Shown here piece after piece: positions 18,545 through 28,640 of a stretch of DNA of 31,550 bases. This DNA is from Myxococcota bacterium (GTDB taxonomy: Bacteria; Myxococcota_A; UBA9042; PHBI01; JAWLBL01): positions 138,982 through 170,531 of the forward strand of contig JAWLBL010000021.1 of the NCBI GenBank assembly GCA_041687695.1, given 5' to 3'. A model generated the notes under the pieces. That model was not told the origin of the DNA. It worked only from the letters and a program-made list of their open reading frames with translations, and did no database searches. The translations under genes were made by a program, and so were the position numbers. Position 1 is the first letter of the stretch, and every line of letters starts with the position of its first letter.

Positions 18545-19590
18545 GGTCGCGCCGGCCCGCGCTGCTCGAGGGGTTCGGCGACCTCGGCGGGGGCGCCGGC
18601 CGGCAGCTGCTCGAGGCCACCGTCGCGATGGGCTTCTCCGAGCCGGTGGCCCGCGCCGGCCTCCAGGCCGAGCTCGACGCCTGGCACGCCCCCGGCGCCG
18701 TCTCGCGGGTCCTCGAAGAGCTGCCCGGCACCCTCAACCCCGGCCGCCTGCCCCAGACGGCCCTGGTCGTCGCCGCCCGCACCCTGCCCGTCAGCGCGAT
18801 GCGCTCGGTCCTGATGGCGCGCCTACTCGGCGCCCGCGTCCTGCTCAAGCCGGCCAGCGGCCAGGAGGCCTTCGCCCAGGCCGTCGCCGCCGCCGACCCC
18901 GAGGTGACCGCCGCCCTCTTCGCCTCGACCGACCGCGAGGCCCTGGCCGACGCGGTGGCCGCCGCCGACGCCGTCGTGGTCCTGGGCAGCGACCAGACGG
19001 TCGCCTCGGTGCGCGCCCTGACCCGACCCGACCAGGCCTTCGTCGGCTACGGCCACAAGGTCAGCGCCGCCTGGCTCGACGCGCCCACCGACGACGACCT
19101 GCGCGGCCTCGCCCTCGACCTGTGCGCCTGGGACCAGGCGGGCTGCCTCAGCCCCCAGGTGGCCTGGGTCACCGGCGACCTGGACGCCGTCGGCGCCGAT
19201 CTCGCCGCCGCCCTGCGCGAGGTCGAGGCCGACCTGCCCCTGAACATGCCCGCCGCGGCCGGCACGGCGCGTCTGTCGGCCGTCACCCTGGCCGAGATGA
19301 CCGGCGGCGCCTGGCGCACCACCACCGCCGCCGTCCTCCGCGGCCCCTCCCCCGCCTTCAAGCCCTCCCCCGGCTGGCGGACCCTCTGGCTGCTCCCCGC
19401 CGACCCCGCCGCCCTCGCCTCCCTCGCCCCCACCCTCTCGACCCTCGCCGTCACCGGCCCTCCCCCCCCAGTCCCCCCCCACGTCCGCCTCTGCCGCCCC
19501 GGCGAGATGCAGCGCCCCCCGCTCGACTGGCCGCACGACGGCCAACCGAACCTGCTGCCGATGCTGAGACCGGCGCCAGGGCCGCGGTGA
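18541..19590 (+). CDS. luxC: LuxC-like acyl-CoA/acyl-protein reductase (shortened)
   Basis: GTGA overlap with the luxE stop; LLKPAS, VVVLGSDQT, GYGHKVS, WDQAGCLSPQ catalytic Cys motif, GEMQRPPLDWPHDG. Confidence 0.82.
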   Translation: MRSRRPALLEGFGDLGGGAGRQLLEATVAMGFSEPVARAGLQAELDAWHAPGAVSRVLEELPGTLNPGRLPQTALVVAARTLPVSAMRSVLMARLLGARVLLKPASGQEAFAQAVAAADPEVTAALFASTDREALADAVAAADAVVVLGSDQTVASVRALTRPDQAFVGYGHKVSAAWLDAPTDDDLRGLALDLCAWDQAGCLSPQVAWVTGDLDAVGADLAAALREVEADLPLNMPAAAGTARLSAVTLAEMTGGAWRTTTAAVLRGPSPAFKPSPGWRTLWLLPADPAALASLAPTLSTLAVTGPPPPVPPHVRLCRPGEMQRPPLDWPHDGQPNLLPMLRPAPGPR

Positions 19591-19602
19591 GCGAGTTGGG
19601 GC

Positions 19603-20628
19603 CTACCCCCTTTGCGCGGCCGTGGTCAGGCGCGCCATGGGCGCGTCGTTGCCGGGTGCGAGCTCGGGGCCGGTGAGGGCCAGGCGAGCGGCCAACTGGG
19701 CCTCGAGCCAGCGCGTGATGGCCGGGACGGCCTCGGCGACGTGGTCGTGGAAGAGCAGGTGCCCCGCGCCGCGGAGCGCGAGGTACTCGTAGTGGCGAAG
19801 GCCGGACCAGCGCGTGAAGACCCGCGTCGCCCAGGCCGGGATGGCCGGATCGCGGGTGCCGGACAAGACCAGGGTGGGCGCCTGGTGGGCGGGTCCACGG
19901 GCCCGGAACGAGAAGAGGCTGGCGATGGAAGGCGCGCTGAGGGCGAAGGCGGCGCCGGGATCGTCACGCTGGGTCATGTAGCGGCCGATGACGGGGTCGG
20001 CCGACAGCCTCTCGAAGCCGTGGACGAGCTCGTTCAGCGGGTAGGGCCGCGTCCGATGGCGTCGGATCCACCACGCGCGCAGCCGCATCGACGCCAGCTT
20101 GGCGGGGTACAGGAAGTTGTGCGCGACGGCCAGGTCCGCCCGCGAACCGGACAGCAGCCCGAACACGGTGAGCATCCCGCCCATGGAAGAGCCCATCAGC
20201 ACGACGGGCCCGCCGAGCTGCGTCCGGGCCCAGGCGAGCGCCGCGTCTCCCACGGCGAGCGCCGTCTCGATGGTGCAGTGGCCACGGGGCCCCTCGCTGA
20301 GGCCATGACCGGGCCGGTCGATGCCCACGACGTTGAAGCCGGCCCGCGCGAACAGGCCGGCCATGATGGCGTAGTTCAGGGCGTGCGAGCCGCTGCCTGG
20401 CTGGAACACGATGGTGGCGCGCGCCGGCGACGCGGCCCGCCACAGGCCCAGATGAACCGAACTGCCCTCGAACGGGATCCAATGGCTCTCGCAGGCGAGC
20501 AGCATCGCCTCGGCGGCGGCGCGCCCGCCGGCCGCGCCCGCCAGGGTCTCGCTCTCGACCGAGATCGCTCGCGCGGCCTGCAGCACCTCGTCGCGGCTCG
20601 GGGGTCCGGGCTCGTTTCGCATCGTCAT
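19603..20628 (-). CDS. Alpha/beta hydrolase (lysophospholipase / monoacylglycerol lipase-like)
   Basis: AAGGAGG RBS; IDRPGHGLSEGPRG, GSSMGG nucleophile elbow, GTRDP, GAGHLL. Confidence 0.88.
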   Translation of the reverse strand: MTMRNEPGPPSRDEVLQAARAISVESETLAGAAGGRAAAEAMLLACESHWIPFEGSSVHLGLWRAASPARATIVFQPGSGSHALNYAIMAGLFARAGFNVVGIDRPGHGLSEGPRGHCTIETALAVGDAALAWARTQLGGPVVLMGSSMGGMLTVFGLLSGSRADLAVAHNFLYPAKLASMRLRAWWIRRHRTRPYPLNELVHGFERLSADPVIGRYMTQRDDPGAAFALSAPSIASLFSFRARGPAHQAPTLVLSGTRDPAIPAWATRVFTRWSGLRHYEYLALRGAGHLLFHDHVAEAVPAITRWLEAQLAARLALTGPELAPGNDAPMARLTTAAQRG

Positions 20629-20700
20629 GTTCGCCTCCTTCGATGGTATCTTTCTATGCAGCCGACCGTCGGGGGGCAATGACCCCTCCGGCCACCGGCC

Positions 20701-21717
20701 ATGACCGTAGCGGCCAACATGCCTTCGACCGTCTCCGCCCAATCGCTGCGCCCGCTGGTGGCGCGCCTTCGCGCCGTCGGACTCCGCGTCGCGCCGCTCC
20801 TGGCCCGACACGGGCTGACCCTGGACGTCCTGAACGACCCTGCCGCCCGCCTGCCCCACGCCCAGGCGATCGCCTTGTGGGAAGCCGCCGCCGAGGCGGC
20901 CCAGGCCCCCTGCTTCGGCCTGCAGGCCGCGACCTTCCTGACCCGCGACGACTTCGGCGTCCTGCCGATGGTGCTCGCGACCAGCGCCACCGTCCGGGAA
21001 GGCCTCGAGCGCCTCGTCCATCTCCACGCGCTCGTCCACGACCCGCCGACCCTCTCGCTCGAGGCGACCCCCGGTGACGGTCTGGCGCTCGTGCACTCGA
21101 CGCCCCCCGGGGAGCCCACCAGCCGCCACGTCACCGAGCTGGTCCTCGCCGGCTGCTTCGTCGCGCTCCGCCAGGCGACCGCCGATCGCGACGCGGTCCC
21201 GACGGCCATCCGCTTTTCGCACCCAGCGCCGCTCGATCCGAGCGAGCATCACGCCGTCTTCGGCGTCGCCCCCGAGTTCTCGGCCCCCCGGTCCGAGCTC
21301 GTGCTCCCGGCCGCGCTCCTCGTCCGGCCTCACGTCCTCGCGGCGCCACAGGTGCTCTCGGTGCTCCAGGCTCACGCCGAGTCGGCCCTGACACACCTGA
21401 CGCCCGTCCAGTCCCTGGCCCAGCGCGTGCGCACCCTGTTGACGGCCGACGACGGGCCGGCGCTCGACGCCCCCGCCCTGGCCCACCGCCTGGCCCTCAG
21501 CGAGCGAAGCCTCCGGCGACACCTCGCCGAGGAGGGCACCTCCCTCACCGCGCTCCGCGACGAGGCCCGGGCGAGCCGGGCCCTGGACCTGGTCACGGCG
21601 ACGGCCCGCCCGCTCGCCGACATCGCCGAGGCCCTGGGCTTTTCGGACGTCAGCGCCTTCTCGCGCGCGTTCAAGCGCTGGCACCAGCGGCCGCCCAGCT
21701 CGTTTCGGGCGCACTAG
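20701..21717 (+). CDS. AraC family transcriptional regulator
   Basis: C-terminal LALSERSLRRHL...IAEALGFSDVSAFSRAFKRW; N-terminal ligand domain. Start may be 20719. Confidence 0.92.
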   Translation: MTVAANMPSTVSAQSLRPLVARLRAVGLRVAPLLARHGLTLDVLNDPAARLPHAQAIALWEAAAEAAQAPCFGLQAATFLTRDDFGVLPMVLATSATVREGLERLVHLHALVHDPPTLSLEATPGDGLALVHSTPPGEPTSRHVTELVLAGCFVALRQATADRDAVPTAIRFSHPAPLDPSEHHAVFGVAPEFSAPRSELVLPAALLVRPHVLAAPQVLSVLQAHAESALTHLTPVQSLAQRVRTLLTADDGPALDAPALAHRLALSERSLRRHLAEEGTSLTALRDEARASRALDLVTATARPLADIAEALGFSDVSAFSRAFKRWHQRPPSSFRAH

Positions 21718-21882
21718 GAGGCTGTAGTGAATGAGCTGATTCGCCGGCTCCGGCCGATCTTGGGCAGCTCCGGCCCCGGGAGACGCTGCGGCGAACCGCC
21801 CGGTTCACCTCGGTCTCCCGGAACCGGATCTGCTCCAACCTCGGCTCGGATCCGACAAGTCCCATCATTCACTACAACCTCC
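21717..21882. mobile_element. MITE, 166 bp, 18-bp terminal inverted repeats, TA target duplication
   Basis: TA|GGAGGCTGTAGTGAATGA ... TCATTCACTACAACCTCC|TA (17/18 match); no coding capacity. Confidence 0.85.
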
Positions 21883-21995
21883 TAACGCGGCCGCAGAGGC
21901 GAAGCCCCCTCGCGGCGGACCGAGGTCCCTCTGTCCCCCGCCGGGCATCGCCACCGGTCATTTCGGCGAGGGCAGGGTCGGTGTATGGTGCGCGC

Positions 21996-22913
21996 ATGCT
22001 TCAGCTCACTCGGTTGCATCGGGAGGCGCGCGCGCGCCTCGGTCTGGGCCTGGATGGGGGGCGGCCACCGGTCCGGGGGGCCATGGAGGCGCTCGAGCGC
22101 AGGGTCGACCAGGCGGTCGAGCGGCTGAGGTATGGGCGGCACTGCGCGGCCGAGGAGGCGGGGGGCGCCGAGTGGGCGCGGCACGCGCTGGACGTGGCGC
22201 TGCGGACCGATCGGGCCGAGCTGCTGGACCGGGCGGACGTGCCGGCGCAGAGGAAGCTGGCCATCGTGAGGGCGCTGCACCGGCAGAACCGCGCGGTGTT
22301 CAGCTATGCGCGGTTTCTGAGGCACCTCGAGCCGCTGGTGCGCGAGGTGCAGGCGCGCGAGGGGCGGCCGGCGCGGGTGCTGGAGCTGGCCAGCGGGTCG
22401 GGCGAGTTCACGCTGGCGCTGGCCGAGTTGGCCGAGCGCAAGCGGCTGCCGGTCGAGATCACCGGGTCGGACGTGGTCGCGGCCTATGTGGACGACGCCA
22501 ACGCGCGGGCGACGCGCAGGCGGCTGAAGGTGCGCTTCGAGGTGGTCAACGCCTTCGACATGAGCGCGCTGACGCCGGGCGCCTACGACCTGGCCTTCAT
22601 CGCGCAGAGCCTGCACCACTTCACGCCGGGGCAGCTGGCCATGATGATCGCGCAGGCGCGGCGGGTCGCGAAGGCCGGCTTCGTCGGCATCGACGGCCAC
22701 CGCAGCCTGCTGGTGCTGGCCTTTCTGGGCGTCGCGGGGCCGCTGAGCGCCGCGGCCAGCCTGACGCCCGGCTTCCTGCACGACGCATGGGTGAGCGGCC
22801 GCAAGATGTACCCGATGGCCGAGCTGGAGCTGATCGCCCAGCTGGCCGCGCCCGAGGGGCGGGTGACCGTGCGCGAGGACTTCCCCGGGTTCACCGTCCT
22901 GACCGTGCGCTGA
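21996..22913 (+). CDS. Class I SAM-dependent methyltransferase
   Basis: VLELASGSG, ITGSD, YDLAFIAQSLHHF. Start uncertain (21981, 21996 or 22083). Confidence 0.82.
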   Translation: MLQLTRLHREARARLGLGLDGGRPPVRGAMEALERRVDQAVERLRYGRHCAAEEAGGAEWARHALDVALRTDRAELLDRADVPAQRKLAIVRALHRQNRAVFSYARFLRHLEPLVREVQAREGRPARVLELASGSGEFTLALAELAERKRLPVEITGSDVVAAYVDDANARATRRRLKVRFEVVNAFDMSALTPGAYDLAFIAQSLHHFTPGQLAMMIAQARRVAKAGFVGIDGHRSLLVLAFLGVAGPLSAAASLTPGFLHDAWVSGRKMYPMAELELIAQLAAPEGRVTVREDFPGFTVLTVR

Positions 22914-23911
22914 TGACGCCGGGCGACGGGCGGGCGCGGGTCGGCGTCAGCGCGTGCCTGACCGGGCAGGCGGTGCGCTGGGACGGGCGCGACAAGCGCA
23001 GCGAGCCGCTGCTGGCGCTCGGGCGGTGGGTCGAGCTGCTGCCGGTGTGCCCCGAGGTCGAGGCCGGCCTGGGGGTGCCACGTCCGCCGATTCGGCTCGA
23101 GCGGCGGGGTGACGAGGTGCGGGCCGTCGACTTCGGGGCCGGGCGCGACGTGACCGAGGCGCTCGATGCGGCGGTGGAGCGGCGGCTGGAGGGGCTGGCC
23201 GCCCTGCCCCTGCGGGGGTTCGTGCTGAAGACGCGCTCGCCGTCGTGCGGGCCGGCCGGTGTGGACCTGTGGGAGGGCGCGCAGGCGCGGCCTGAGGCGG
23301 CCGGGGTGTTCGCGGCGCAGCTGGCGGCGCGGTGGCCGACGCTGCCGGTGACGGACGAGGTGGCGCTGGCGCGGGCGGACGGGGTCGAGCACTTCCTGAC
23401 GCGGGTCTTCGCGTTCGCGCGGTGGCGGACGCTGGTCGAGGGCGGGCTGACGGCGCACGGGCTGGTGAACTTCCACGCGCGGCACAAGCTGCTGCTGTCG
23501 GCGCACGACGGGCGGGCCTATCGGGCGCTGGGGCGGCTGGTGGCCGGCGCGGGGGCGGGCGCGCTGGAGGCGCTGGGGCCCGAGTACGAGCGGACGCTGA
23601 TGGGGGCGCTGCGGACGCCGCCGACGGTGGGGCGGCACGTGGACGCGATGGAGCACCTGGCCGGGATGGTCGACGACGCGGCGCCGGCCGGCGAGGTGCG
23701 GGCGCTGCGCGAGGCCATCGCGCGCTATCGGGCGGGCGAGGTGGCGCGGTCGGCGCCGCTGGAGGCGCTGCGGGGGCTGGTCGCGCGGTTCGGGACGGCC
23801 TGGGCGCGCGAGCAGGCCTACCTGCGGCCGTACCCGGAGGCCGCAGGTGAGACGGCCCACCCCCGAGGAGACGGGAGCGGGCCGTCGGGAAGGCGCGGAG
23901 GCGATCGGTAG
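22913..23911 (+). CDS. ybgA: DUF523 (TudS-like Fe-S) + DUF1722 fusion, YbgA family
   Basis: VGVSACLTGQAVRWDG, VCPEVEAGLGVPRPPIRL, KTRSPSCG, FHARHKLLL, QAYLRPYP; TGATG coupling. Confidence 0.88.
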   Translation: MTPGDGRARVGVSACLTGQAVRWDGRDKRSEPLLALGRWVELLPVCPEVEAGLGVPRPPIRLERRGDEVRAVDFGAGRDVTEALDAAVERRLEGLAALPLRGFVLKTRSPSCGPAGVDLWEGAQARPEAAGVFAAQLAARWPTLPVTDEVALARADGVEHFLTRVFAFARWRTLVEGGLTAHGLVNFHARHKLLLSAHDGRAYRALGRLVAGAGAGALEALGPEYERTLMGALRTPPTVGRHVDAMEHLAGMVDDAAPAGEVRALREAIARYRAGEVARSAPLEALRGLVARFGTAWAREQAYLRPYPEAAGETAHPRGDGSGPSGRRGGDR

Positions 23912-23913
23912 CG
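23832..23913. repeat. 82-bp direct repeat, left copy
   Basis: 79/82 identical to 26319-26400; contains a 15-bp hairpin (with G:U pairs on the minus strand). Confidence 0.93.
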
Positions 23914-23923
23914 CGGGCCGTGC

Positions 23924-25120
<1,197 letters not shown>

Positions 25121-25170
25121 GGTGGAACTCCAGGTGCCTCGGCGGCTGGCGCCGCGTCGCCGGTGAGGGG

Positions 25171-25911
25171 CTAACGCGGGGCGGTGAGCCGGTGCGGGGG
25201 CTGTTGCGCGGCTCGGTCGTGGCCCTTCGGCAGCGCCTTGCCCAGGTTGCCGAGCAGCTCGACGAAGTAGCCGAGCGCCTGCCGCTGCTCGTCGCGCCCC
25301 AGCCGGCGCATCGCGCCGAACAGGCCGAGCGGCCGCGCCTGCTCGGGACGGGTCGCGGCGACGGCGTCGGCCATGCGCCCGAGGAGGTCGAGGGCCGCCG
25401 GGTTGAGCGAGACCTCCAGCGCGTCGAGGGTCGCTGGCGAGGCCAGGTGTCTGAGGAGGCGCTCGAGGCGCCCGAGCTGGCCCGGCGCGCTGGCCTCGGC
25501 CTGCAAGGGCCCGGCGAGCTCGTCGAAGACGTCCGTGACCAGCGCGAGGGCGCCGGGCAGCTGCTCGAGGAGCGCCTCGAGGCGGTCGGCCCGTTCGATC
25601 AGGCGCTCGAGGGCCGCGGCGGTCGAGGCGGCGGTGACGCGCTCACCGAGGCGTAGGGCGGCGCGCAGGCGCTCGGCCGGATCGATCGGGTGGCCCGCGG
25701 CGTCGGTGGCGTGGGCCACCGCCTCGTCGGCGATGTCGACGACGGTGGCCAGGGCCGGCGCGCCTTGCTCGAGCAGCGAGGCGACACGGTCGAGGCGCGC
25801 CTCGATGGCGTCGAGGCGCGCCTCGACCCGAGCCAGGCCGGTGTCGTCGTGGCGCGGCCCTCTGGACGCTCCGTCGCCCTGGCGGCGGTCGTTGCCGTGC
25901 GTGTGGTTCAT
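25171..25911 (-). CDS. DUF1641-domain helical protein (frequent sqr partner)
   Basis: AGGAGA RBS; C-terminal PLGLFGAMRRL.....RQALGYFVELLGNLGKAL; directly upstream of sqr. Confidence 0.75.
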   Translation of the reverse strand: MNHTHGNDRRQGDGASRGPRHDDTGLARVEARLDAIEARLDRVASLLEQGAPALATVVDIADEAVAHATDAAGHPIDPAERLRAALRLGERVTAASTAAALERLIERADRLEALLEQLPGALALVTDVFDELAGPLQAEASAPGQLGRLERLLRHLASPATLDALEVSLNPAALDLLGRMADAVAATRPEQARPLGLFGAMRRLGRDEQRQALGYFVELLGNLGKALPKGHDRAAQQPPHRLTAPR

Positions 25912-25998
25912 GGCGTCTCCTGATGGTCCCGCGCGGGCGGCGAGCTGGCGAGGCCAGCCCGACTCCACGCGGGACGGGAAGTCTCGGAGAACCATAAA

Positions 25999-26015
25999 CG
26001 CAATGTTCATGCCAG
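25999..26015 (-). promoter_or_regulatory. Sigma-54 (-24/-12) promoter of DUF1641-sqr
   Basis: Minus strand CTGGCATGAACATTGCG matches TGGCAC-N5-TTGC. Confidence 0.75.
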
Positions 26016-26318
26016 GTTATGGGCATGCGTCGGCCGCGCTGGCGGGACGCGGCGGCGGCGCGACGGACGCCTCCCCGAGGCCAGTCTGTTGCACCAACGT
26101 CGCGCCAAGTAGCGACACGGTTCGAGACAGCACCTCTGCCCAGACCCGTCACGAGGGCGAGGACTAGCGAGCGCGCCGAGTCGTCCGCTCCGGCCGCGTC
26201 CGGGCGGCTCGGGCCCCCGGGAGCCGCCGCCTCTGAGGGGCGGACGCGGAGACGTGCGTCGACCGGGGGCGCGCGCTGACGGCCGCGCGGCGCGCGAGCT
26301 GGCTCGTCTGAGGACCCC

Positions 26319-26400
26319 ACCCGGAGGCCGGACGTGAGACGGCCCACCCCCGAGGAGACGGGAGCGGGCCGTCGGGAAGGCGCGGAGGCGATCAGTAGCG
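26319..26400. repeat. 82-bp direct repeat, right copy
   Basis: Matches 23832-23913; includes the stop codon of the 26392-26871 gene. Confidence 0.93.
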
Positions 26401-26871
26401 ATCGAGGTCGACCTGCAGGATGGCCGGCTCGAGGATCCCGTCGCCGTCGAAGTCGTAGCGGGCCTGGTCGTCGTACATGACGACCGTGTCGCCGATGACA
26501 CGGCACTCCACGCCGGCCTGGCCGAGCTCGATGCCGCGGACCGGGCCGGTGTCGGTGAAGACGATGCGCTCGCCCTCGACGCCGTAGGGGCCCGAGTAGG
26601 TCACCGGGGTCAGGCCCGGCTCGCCGTACTCGGCGCGGTACATCCCGTTGGTGAACGAGACCGCGTAGGTGCCGCCCATGGCGTCCACGTCGCGATAGAC
26701 GCCGGGGTCGGTCAGGCTGGTGAAGCGCAGGTTGGTCGCGCGGAAGCGGCCGTTCAGGTTCTCGCAGGTGTCGCTCAGGGGCGGCTCGTCGAGCATGACG
26801 TTCTCGCCGGAGGCGCAGGCCGCGACGAGGGCGCCGGCGAGCAGCGCCGCCAACAGGGTGAGCTTGCGCAT
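26392..26871 (-). CDS. Hypothetical lipoprotein (possibly lipocalin-like)
   Basis: MRKLTLLAALLAGALVAA-C lipobox; AGGAGG RBS; beta-rich with a YDFDGDG loop. Confidence 0.8.
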   Translation of the reverse strand: MRKLTLLAALLAGALVAACASGENVMLDEPPLSDTCENLNGRFRATNLRFTSLTDPGVYRDVDAMGGTYAVSFTNGMYRAEYGEPGLTPVTYSGPYGVEGERIVFTDTGPVRGIELGQAGVECRVIGDTVVMYDDQARYDFDGDGILEPAILQVDLDRY

Positions 26872-27152
26872 GGAGGAGTCCTCCTGGGTGACCGCCGCCC
26901 TGCCGTGACTACGTCGGGGTCGGGTCCGGGGGGACCCGCGTTCGGCCCGGGCGGGCCCGCGAGGCGCAGGGCGGTGGTGAGCTGGGCATGGGAAGGCGCT
27001 TGGCGTCACGCCGGGAGGGCGCGACGGGGCGTCGCGGGACGGGCTCGCCAGAGGGGCCTATGTCCTGACAAACCCGGCGAACGTCCCGCGCCATCCCGCC
27101 CAGTCGCTCGCGGCGCGCCAAGGACCTCGGACGCGCCGCGAGCGAGGCGCGG

Positions 27153-28640
27153 TCACTTGGCCAGGAGCACGCCGAGCTGGTTCATGACGGAGCCGATGCC
27201 GGAGGCGTCGCAGAGGCTGGCCAGGACGCCGCGAGGGCCGAAGGCCTCGACCAGCTGGACGTAGCGCGAGCCCCAGTCGGTCTTGCCGAGGGAGGTTTCG
27301 CAGAGGGAGGTCTGCTTGTAGCAGGCGCGCTTGTCGCCCTTGGACTCGACGTAGGCGATCAGCTCGGCCGGGTCGTCGCTGTGGCCGGTGACGGCGGCGA
27401 CGGTGACCATGGAGGGATCGGGCTTGAGGGACTTGAAGAAGTCGACGTACTCGGCGACGGGCACGAGGGGCCCACCGTCGTCGGTGGTCAGGGTCGCGGC
27501 GAGCAACGCGGGGTGGTCGAGCTCGACCGTGTGGCCCTGGGCCTCGAGCCGGCGCTTGGCTTCGCCGACGGCGCAGGTGTCGTAGAAGTCCTCGTGGATT
27601 TGCTGGCCCGGCGCGACGGAGCAGTCGTCCTCGTCGGTGACGAAGACGATGGCGAGGTGCGCCTTGGGACGCAGGAAATCCATGGCCTGCTGCGAGTTGG
27701 GGCCCGTGACGTCCAGCGCGAGGCGAGCCGCTTCGAAGCCTTGCTCGTACTTGAAGCACTTGTGCTGGATGACGCCCACGGTGGCGTTGCAGCGGAAGTG
27801 CGCGAGGTCGGCGCCTTGGAGGATGGCCGGCAGACCGGCCGGGCAGCCGGAGGTCCCAGGGTCGGGGAGACAGCCCCAGTCCGACGGTGAACTGCTGGGC
27901 TTGTTGCAGTAGTAGCCTGGGCCGAACCTGCTGGCACATTCGGCGTCGTCGTCGCATCGGTAAACGCACGACGTATTAAGCGAGCCGTTCGGATTCTCGT
28001 CGCAGATGGGCATCTGGCTCCCGAGGCACGACCAGTTCTGACCCAGTTCGGCGACACAGTCGGCGTCTTCGGAGCAAAGCGTGGACAGTTTGCCGTATCC
28101 CGAGGGCGGGAAGCCGGCCGCGGGCGTCACGTTGAAGACGCCCTGGGCACTCGGACTCGTGACCGCTGGATCGCACAGGACGTCGGCCGTGGTGACCGCG
28201 ACGCGGAGATCCAGCTTGGCGGCGTGGGCCTGCTGCATCAGCGCGTCGAAGTGGTTCACCAGCGCCACCTGCTCCTCGATCATGCTGGTCGAGTTGTCGA
28301 CGACGAAGAGCACGTCGACCTGCTTCTTGGTCAAGCCGGCTTTCCAGGCGGCCATGTCGAAGGCCTGCTCGCTGGCGCCGTCGCCCTCGGCGCAGAAGGC
28401 GAAGCCGTCGCCCGCGTACATGCCGGGGAGCTGCGGCGGGCACTGGAAGCCCGTCTCGGTGATGGGCCCGCGGTACAGGCACGGGGTGACGCCCTCGACC
28501 TCGACCTTCTCGCCGTCGCCGCACTCGTCGCCGCTGGCGGTGTCGGCCACGTCGGGCTCGCTCGAGGTGGGGGTGGATTCCAAGCAGCCACTCAGCGCCA
28601 GGGCGCCGGCCAGGATCACGGGGTAGGTTCGCCAGGTCAT
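27153..28640 (-). CDS. Cys-rich VWA/MIDAS-domain lipoprotein (myxobacterial type)
   Basis: LSG-C lipobox; DVLFVVDNSTSM (DxSxS), VAVTTAD, EQGFEAA, FLRPKAHLAIVFVTDEDDCS; ATGA overlap with the upstream gene. Confidence 0.85.
   Translation of the reverse strand: MTWRTYPVILAGALALSGCLESTPTSSEPDVADTASGDECGDGEKVEVEGVTPCLYRGPITETGFQCPPQLPGMYAGDGFAFCAEGDGASEQAFDMAAWKAGLTKKQVDVLFVVDNSTSMIEEQVALVNHFDALMQQAHAAKLDLRVAVTTADVLCDPAVTSPSAQGVFNVTPAAGFPPSGYGKLSTLCSEDADCVAELGQNWSCLGSQMPICDENPNGSLNTSCVYRCDDDAECASRFGPGYYCNKPSSSPSDWGCLPDPGTSGCPAGLPAILQGADLAHFRCNATVGVIQHKCFKYEQGFEAARLALDVTGPNSQQAMDFLRPKAHLAIVFVTDEDDCSVAPGQQIHEDFYDTCAVGEAKRRLEAQGHTVELDHPALLAATLTTDDGGPLVPVAEYVDFFKSLKPDPSMVTVAAVTGHSDDPAELIAYVESKGDKRACYKQTSLCETSLGKTDWGSRYVQLVEAFGPRGVLASLCDASGIGSVMNQLGVLLAK

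Noticed and set aside
17495..19590. Bioluminescence operon
   Set aside because: No luxA, luxB, luxD or luxG; LuxE/LuxC homologs occur widely outside luminous bacteria.
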